64,000 bases of DNA from a virus (taxonomy: Duplodnaviria; Caudoviricetes), in the IMG/VR virus record IMGVR_UViG_3300046779_000717, positions 4,197-68,196 of that record. The stretch is one strand, 5' to 3'. Below, in pieces: positions 9,366 to 17,100 of this stretch. Within the stretch, counting starts at the first letter, position 1. Each line of letters begins with the position of its first letter. The notes beneath the pieces were generated by a model, which worked only from the letters and a program-made list of their open reading frames with translations, searched no databases and was not told the DNA's origin. Made by a program: the position numbers and the translations under genes.

Positions 9366-9475
9366 AGTCAGGTGGCGGAATGGTAGACGCTACAAGTAAG
9401 TCCAACGATGACCTAAGGCATGATGACCGAAGGAGTTACTGGTTGGTATTACAGGTTCGAATCCTGTCCTGACTA
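9366..9475 (+). ncRNA. tRNA-like element 1 (anticodon arm replaced by extended stem-loop)
   Basis: Acceptor AGTCAGG/CCTGACT, D arm TGGCGGAATGGTAGACGC, T arm ACAGG-TTCGAAT-CCTGT; 60-nt central domain with no 7-nt anticodon loop. Confidence 0.8.
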
Positions 9476-9480
9476 CAAAA

Positions 9481-9552
9481 GCATTGATAGCCTTCCACAC
9501 TGAGTGGCGGACTTTTAAGGAAGTGCCTTAATGACGGCTCGGAAAGACGAGC
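9481..9552 (+). ncRNA. Candidate structured spacer RNA between tRNA-like elements
   Basis: Nested GCATT/AGTGC, CCTT/AAGG and CCAC/GTGG stems, then GCTCG-GAAAGA-CGAGC hairpin preceded by TAATGACG. Confidence 0.4.
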
Positions 9553-9557
9553 AACAT

Positions 9558-9666
9558 AGCCAAGTGGCGAAAGGTTGGGGACGTCCCCGACGTGGTAGTC
9601 GCTATCCTGTAATAAGGAGATGCTGAGTTAAAAACGGCGTTCAAGGTTCGAGTCCTTGCTTGGCTA
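9558..9666 (+). tRNA. Atypical class II (Tyr-like) tRNA with hairpin inserted in the D loop
   Basis: Acceptor AGCCAAG/CTTGGCT, T arm CAAGG-TTCGAGT-CCTTG, long variable arm ATGCTG/CGGCGT; CTGTAA in a misregistered anticodon stem; GTTGGGG-ACGT-CCCCGAC inserted in the D loop. Confidence 0.7.
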
Positions 9667-9746
9667 CAAACTATATTTTGGCAAAATTGCTAACAATTGC
9701 CAGTTAATTGTGAAAAACTGGTTTACAACTATGCCGTGTTGTGAAT

Positions 9747-9754
9747 TAACTTTG
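9747..9754 (+). promoter_or_regulatory. Bacteroidota -7 promoter box
   Basis: TAACTTTG upstream of ATG 9818. Confidence 0.45.
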
Positions 9755-9817
9755 CTTTGTTCATATCTCGTTTGGGTGACATTGGGGTTCGGAACATCCG
9801 GCCCCATTGTTTTTAAG

Positions 9818-10003
9818 ATGAAGTCAGAGCATAAAAATATAGCAAACTACGTCAACCACGCCATGAGCGAGTTGAACGAACTGTCGACAGAGCTTTATGA
9901 AGCTATGATGGACCAGGAGAATGCGGAAGTGAAAAAGATTGTCGACAAAATGATTCCTATCCTTAAGGATATACAATCGACCCACACAAATGAAATCATA
10001 TAA
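9818..10003 (+). CDS. Small helical hypothetical protein
   Basis: MKSEHKNIANYVNHAMSEL..., 61 aa; the upstream extension in the ORF track overlaps the tRNA-like element. Confidence 0.7.
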   Translation: MKSEHKNIANYVNHAMSELNELSTELYEAMMDQENAEVKKIVDKMIPILKDIQSTHTNEII

Positions 10004-11102
10004 ACAAGAGGCTGTTGATCTTTTCTCAGAAGGAAAGATGAATAAGTCCCAGATTGCTCGCTTTTTAAAAGAGAAGCACAATTTGCCGATGTCTGTAGAG
10101 ACAGTGAGAAAGGAAGTTTGTAGGCAAGTAGGAAAACACAAGGCTCTTCTTGAAGAGTGTAACAAACTGGGAATACCAGCAGATCAAGTAAAACATTACT
10201 GGCACAAGGGAAAACACTTCTCTATTAACGTAAAGGGCTCTGAAGCTCCGTCATACGACGAGATTAGAGATGAGTTGATCGAGCAGATGTCTAAATACTC
10301 TCCTCAATACCAGTACATCCACAGAAGCCAAAGCAAGGACGGGCACTTGTTGGTGTTAGATCCGGCAGACGTTCACATTGGAAAGCTTGCTAGTTCTTTT
10401 GAGACTGGCGAAGATTACAACAATCAAATCGCAGTACAGCGAGTAAAGGAGGGCGTTAAAGGCATCCTAGACAAGACGGCAGGGTTCAATATCGACAAGA
10501 TACTTTTCATTGCCGGAAACGACATTCTACACATCGATACGCCACGCAGAACTACTACGTCTGGCACGTTCCAGGACACAGATGGTATGTGGTATGACAA
10601 CTTCTTGATCGCTAAGCAGCTGTATATTGAGGTTCTTGAGATGCTTGTTACTGTTGCTGATGTTCACTTCTGCTTCAACCCAAGTAATCACGATTACACA
10701 AACGGATTCTTTTTGGCCGACACGATTCAGTCATGGTTCTCTAAGTCTGAAAATATTACTTTCGACTGCTCTATTGCACACAGAAAGTACTACACTTACG
10801 GGGCCAACATGATTGGATCAACACATGGAGATGGTGCCAAGGCACAGGACTTGCCATTACTTATGGCTCAAGAGTCTCCAATGTCTTGGGCACAGACCAA
10901 ACATCGCTATGTGTATACACACCACGTACACCACAAGACGTCTAAGGACTTTATTGGTGTAACTGTGGAAAGCCTACGCTCACCATCTGGCACTGACAGC
11001 TGGCACGACCGTAATGGCTACAAGGGGGCTCCAAAGGCGGTGGAGGGATTCCTCCACCACCCAGAGCACGGACAGGTTGCCCGCATTACCCACTTATTCT
11101 GA
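9990..11102 (+). CDS. Calcineurin-like metallophosphoesterase with N-terminal HTH
   Basis: DPADVHIGK, AGNDILH, PSNHD, STHGD, HHVHH metal-binding motifs; N-terminal MNKSQIARFL...SVETVRK HTH. Confidence 0.82.
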   Translation: MKSYKQEAVDLFSEGKMNKSQIARFLKEKHNLPMSVETVRKEVCRQVGKHKALLEECNKLGIPADQVKHYWHKGKHFSINVKGSEAPSYDEIRDELIEQMSKYSPQYQYIHRSQSKDGHLLVLDPADVHIGKLASSFETGEDYNNQIAVQRVKEGVKGILDKTAGFNIDKILFIAGNDILHIDTPRRTTTSGTFQDTDGMWYDNFLIAKQLYIEVLEMLVTVADVHFCFNPSNHDYTNGFFLADTIQSWFSKSENITFDCSIAHRKYYTYGANMIGSTHGDGAKAQDLPLLMAQESPMSWAQTKHRYVYTHHVHHKTSKDFIGVTVESLRSPSGTDSWHDRNGYKGAPKAVEGFLHHPEHGQVARITHLF

Positions 11103-14100
11103 TTCTTCTACGTTTTCAGCGCGTTTCTGAATACGTTTGTTGATGTTTTTTGCGACTGTGGCTAAGTCAGAAGGCAGCACTCCGGCAAAGTTACCGGTAA
11201 TCAATAGTGCATTTAGCTTAGCCAAGTCTGCATCTTCTTCTAGTAGTTGTTTTTCTACTTCGTTACCTCTGATCTCTTTAGAGAACTTGCCATCTGCGGC
11301 CATTCTTCCGTAGTCTGAAACCTCTTTTGCTCTATCTATAGCAATACCAAGGGTCCCAAGAATCTTCATCCATGAAGCGTCCTCTCTATCGTAGAACTCA
11401 AACTTCTGATTTTCGTCCTCTATGTCAAACCACTTCTTAGGGATATCCTGTGACATTCCTGTGGCTTCCATTAGATCGTTAACATATCCGCTAACGAATG
11501 CGTCAACGCCTGGAATTGGAGGCAATACGAAATCTTTCATGAAGTTCTGAACTGTAGATGCAGACCTTCTCATGGTTCTTACTTTCTTTTCTTCCTCGTC
11601 ATCCTCCTCGCCCATTATCGCTAGAGCTGTAGCGTACATAACTTCAGAGAAGAACATGCTAAGTCCAGAGAATACAGCCATCTCCGCTAATGCACCAGCC
11701 AATGACTTAGATGCTTCTATCTTGTCTTCAACGCTAGCTACTTTATTAGACAGGATTCTAGAATCAGACCATATTCGTGTCTTCTGGTTCAACACAAATG
11801 TCATCAATGGGAATACACCTCTTCTAACAGCCGCTGTTAATGGGTCTTTACTTGCCAAGAAATCACCCTGCATGTCTGTGTCACTGATGTTTTGTTGTGA
11901 ATCAACCATCATCTGTGCATAGTCTGCAGCTTCTTTGTTTAGCTTGTGGGTATTCCAATCGATATTTGCAGTAGGCAGTCCTTGCTTTTTTAATCCCTGC
12001 TTATAGAAAGATATCCACGCAGCCCTGGCGCCAAATACGTCTGGGTTCTTAAGTGTTATCTCAAGTGCTTTGTTACTCCACTCCGCAATACCATCTATTG
12101 TTCTTAGCGCTAAAGCTTTTTCAGCCTCTACGAGCTTTCTGTTAATAGACTTCAACTCTCCTTGAGATCCTATACCACGATTAGCAATAGGATATCCAGA
12201 CTCGTCGATAAACTTCATGCCTCCGTTAAACAGCGTATGAATGTCTACACGGCCTGTTTGAATCAGCGTATTTACCAATGGTGGGATAAACTGTTTAAAC
12301 GGCTGTGCTATGCTAAACAAGGCCTTTGCAGTACCAAAAGCAGCAGCAGTATTTATAGCTCTGTTTACCTTTGCGAGTTCCCCTTGGTCTACATATTCTC
12401 CACCTTTGATTCTATTAACGTATCCGACAAGCCTCTTCTTGTATATGTTTTTGTCTTCGTTATTAGAAAACAACTTTGAGAAGTTGTTTGAGGTGACAAA
12501 TCCTTTCATTCTGGCAACAGAAGATGCTGTTTCTACATCAACCATTGATGAAGTCATAGCATTTACGTTGTTGGTGTCAAAGTCTAGATTTACAATACGT
12601 GTCCTTGTTCCATTCTTGTCTTTAGGAAGCTCTTTGATCCTGTTGTTTTCTTTTAAAGATCCAGACTTAGAGGTATTAACATATTCGAAGTTGCTAAAGA
12701 ATCCAGACTCAAAATCTTCTTCACTTGTAGAAGATATCTCTTTAGTTTGGAATCTGTCAGGTATAAAGTTGGCATCTCTAGAAAGAATTGTGTTATACAC
12801 GTTTCTAGAAACCTCGTCCATTCTGTCATACTTGCTAGCCCACTGAGATACCCACCAGTCAACAGCCTTTTGGTTTGTTTCGCTAACCTTTGACTTGACG
12901 TCTGCGACATTTTTAGATCCTTTTAAGATCTTGTCATACACATTTTTAATAGTCTCGCCTTTCTTAATTTCCGCTTCAGTGTTGGTGTTAGGATCTTTTA
13001 GCGCCTCAATTGTTTGCTCAATCAGTGTTTTGCGCCTATTAAATTCGTCTTGTACCTGGAATTCGTCACCAATCACAGTTCTTGACATAAAGGCAAGCAT
13101 ACCCCTTTCGATAATATTTTCTGCAGTTAAGAAGTCTTTGGCTTTTGAAAATTTAGAGATATACTCCTTAACTATTCCATCAACCATCTTAATTGCTTTC
13201 GCCTTCCCGTTAGATACTCCGGTAACTCCTGACGCATCCATTACTTCAAGAGCCCTAGAAGTGCTACCCCACATAATCTTATTGAGCATCGGAAGACTTG
13301 CAATGTTTTTAGACCACCAACGCCCGATAGACTTAGACTTATTCTTTTTGATAGGTATTGATTTTACCCCTTTCTTTTCTAGCTTGGCCGCACTTAAGCT
13401 TCCGTCATAAGTATTTACAAGGCCAACCACACCAGACGTAATACCGTTAGCGATAAAGTTGTTTGCATACTCTACGGCTTTAATGGCGTCTGTAAGAGAT
13501 AACTCATCCATGTCCATGTTGGCCAATGATGCTAGAGCCTTTCTTTCATCATAAGTCAAGTCAATAGGATCACCTGTGAATGGATCTTCTCCGGTCTTAA
13601 CAATTTGCTTAATGATTGGAGACATGGTAGCCATCATCTCCTTCACGGCGTCTCTAGCCTCTTTCATCTTATCCTCAGACTGCTCTTTTTCTCCTTCAAT
13701 TGCATCAACTACCTTTTTGATTTCGTTGATTGTCATCTTGTCAGACAAGATACCAGCATCTACCAAGTCTTGGTTCTGGCTAAGAAGCTCATTTTTGATT
13801 TGCTCTCTTTGCTTCTGTATTTGCTCGTCGATGTAGTTAATCATGCTTTCCAAGTTGGCAACATCTCTCATCAATGGAGTGCCAACCTTTCTAGCTACAG
13901 ACTTCAACAAGCTATCTGCTACCTCAATGTATTGGTCGATATCTTCAACCATTGATGGGCTGATCTCATTGAAAGCTTTCGCAATCTTCGCTACCTCTGC
14001 TTGGTTTGATTCAGACTTCGCTGCCTTGCTGATGGCGCGTCTTAGCTTAGAGGCCTGTGCCACCTTGTCTTTGTACTCTGCAGTTTGAAGAACGTTTGAC

Positions 14101-17100
14101 ATGTAGTCAATAAACCTATCTCTCATTACTGGATTCAAGATGTTCATCTTGTCGTAGCGAGAGATGATGGCTGTGGCTTGCTTAGCAGAGATTACGCCAC
14201 GCCCAGTCATAGAGCGAAGAGATGTTGAGATTTGCATCCTCAAGTCTTTCACATACGCAACAGCGTCCTTGGCAGCCTTAGCTTCCAGTTTGATTTGGTC
14301 CTTAAGTGCTGTCTTTTCTTTTACTGTTACTTCCTTGGTGTCCTTGATCTCACCCATGATACGAGCCACGGATGGAGCAGTCTTCATCTTCTCACCTCTC
14401 AATTTCTTGAAGTCTCGGATGATTTGCTCACGCTGAGAGTCGTCGGCCCTTTCGTATACTGCTGACTTTTGAATGTATCCAATTGCAGCTGCACTTGCCT
14501 GATTGTAGCTTCCGCCACGATTCATGCTCTTTTCTAGGATGCCTTCAACTTCACCCATCATTCTCTCGTATCCAGGGATTACGGTTACGTCTACCTTTTG
14601 AGAACGAGTAGTTACTGATGGCTTAGCCTTCTCGACCAACAAGATTTTATCTCTTGTAAAGTTTGTTACTTGAAACTTGCTTGTGTCAAATGAACCAAAT
14701 GCATTTTCAGACTCTATCGTCAACACATTCCCGTCAACGGCAACAATATTACCATATTTGCCATATACAAATACTTCGTCTCCAACCTCGAACACATCGT
14801 CTGGTAGTTGTTTGAACCCTTGGTACTCAGCCTCTGGAGTTAATTCCTTTACCGTCTGAGCTCTGTAACTCTTAGGTCCTCCCCAGTTAGTAACGACCAT
14901 GTCGTATCCATTCTCTGCGGCAACCTTGGTAACCCATGCTGCTGCGTTGTTTGAGTCGAATGCGTATTCTGTTGGTCTTGCTTCGTTTCCACGGTTCCTA
15001 TATTCCTGGAATCTACGGCGTGCTTCTGGCTCGAAGTTTTTAGGATCGTTAGAAACCTTACCTCTCTCAGTAGTTCCGTAGAAATATACCTTATCTTTTG
15101 GAACCAATACGGTGTGTGGAATGTCTCCAACACCTTGTTCTTTCTGTCCCTGCTTGGTGTAGTACATTGCAACACCACCAACAGATGAGATTGCAGCAAC
15201 CTCGTCACGTCCTGTGAAGTTCTTTTTGGAACCAGACATTGGCTTAATAGTGTCACGTTTCTCGTCAGAGTAGTGAACGAACAAATAGTTGCCCTTACCG
15301 TCGTCGGTAAGAACTTCGTCTACAACTGTTGGTACAGACTTCTGTGATTTAGATTTAATCACTGGCCCGCCTTCAGAGGCAATACGACCCATACCCATAC
15401 CCATTTGAGCAAGTCCTAGCTTAGCGTTAGACGCTTGCTCTCCAGACATTGTTCTGATGGCTTCTACGGCCTTTGGGCGATAGTTGAATACCTTGAGCAC
15501 TGGAGGCTTGCCGCTTTTCGTTACGATGCTAAAAGGATAGCTTGGGTGTTGATCGTCTTTCTTTACTTCAACGTCCTCATCTACCTCAACAATTGCATAT
15601 GCGTTTCCAGAGTCTAATCCGATCAACAATCTCTCAGTAAGTACTGTTCCAATTTGTTGGCGAATGCCACCCTTGGTGAAACGAATATTCTTATCAGCTC
15701 CTAAAGCTTTTTGAATTTGCTTTATATTTTTCTTGGCAGAATCAAGCTTGCCAATTTCGTCAACTAGTTTACTAAAGAAGTCTCCGCGTCTAGCAAATGT
15801 AGAGTCAGAGACATTCATAAACTTGTCTTCAATATCCTTTTGTATTTTCTTTGCAGAGTCGCTTCCAGAGAAGTCGATATCGTAAGCCTTCCCAGCTATG
15901 GTCAAAGCTTTCCTAAAGTCTGCTGTAGAAATCAAGTTGTCAAACACCAATTCCTCTAGAATACGCATTGCTGCCTTTACTCCCTGAACTGAGCTGATCA
16001 TTTTGTCTTGACTTCCGCGAACTAGAACCATACGTCCAATTCCGTCAGTAGATTCTTTTCTAGACTTATTGATGTATCCAGCAAGTGTCTTGGCACTAGA
16101 TTGCTTTCCAGAAGCCCATACGTTGCCAAATTTCAATACATAGTAAATACCGCCATTACCCTCCATAATTTGCTTGCCTTTGTAATTTACATTACCTACA
16201 AGCAAGTTATCTGGCTGGTGTGTAGCAACTGGTTGACCAGCAGCGTCATCAATAGATGCGTTTTGAACAACAAGTCCTCTATCTACCAAGTCCTTGAATT
16301 GGGCCTCGTCTTCAAAGTATTGAATATCAAAGTCTCCAATCTTCTGGCTTCTATTGCTAAATACCTTTTCAGTATTCTTAATAGTCTCTGTATTTTCTTT
16401 TGGCCTAAAGAACTCTTTAACGCTCTCTCCCTTAGATACCTTTTCAGATATCGTAGTCATGAAGCCAAGGATATCCTCTGGTGTTGCTTGGTCCAAGAAC
16501 TGCTTCTTGCCGGTAAACAACTGAGCAAACTTGTTGATGATGTCACCAATCTTCTGCAAAAGAGTCTTCTGTTGAGCCGTTAGTGGTCCCTTTCCAAAGC
16601 CTGAAGCTACCAACATACCACCAAGCTCAGCCATGTACTCTGAGTATTTAACGGCCTCGTAGCCACGCTGGCTAGCAAATGCGTCTAGCTTGTCTGCAAT
16701 ATCCTCAAATCCTTGAGCCCTTAGCTGTGCGTCAATGCTGTCAACAAACTCTTTCATTCGAGCTTGATCGTCAGCAAATGCATCGTTCAGCAAAATCTCC
16801 CACGCCTCGTGACCTACGGTAGTAGAGTCTGCAGTCTCTTTGTTGAATACCATGGCAAATGGCTTGCCGTTAACGAACACGGTCTGTCCTCTGGTCTCTG
16901 TGGTGAAGCCACCAGCAACCTCGCCAGCTTGGCTTGGAGCGACTGATGATAATGCCTCTGCTATCTGCATCTGTGCGTCATCTGTGTTCTCAGCAACGAT
17001 AATCTTCAGGTCTGGAGCCACCATATTCAATGACTGAGCAGACTTGTTTACGGCTTCGTTGATGCTTGGTTGTAGTGGGTACTCTGTCTTTGCCTGATCT

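Noticed and set aside
9476-9556. Theta/HDV-like ribozyme after tRNA mimic 1
   Set aside because: I could not build the nested P1-P2-P3-P1.1 double pseudoknot with a GG after P1 and a catalytic C; kept only as an unassigned structured RNA.
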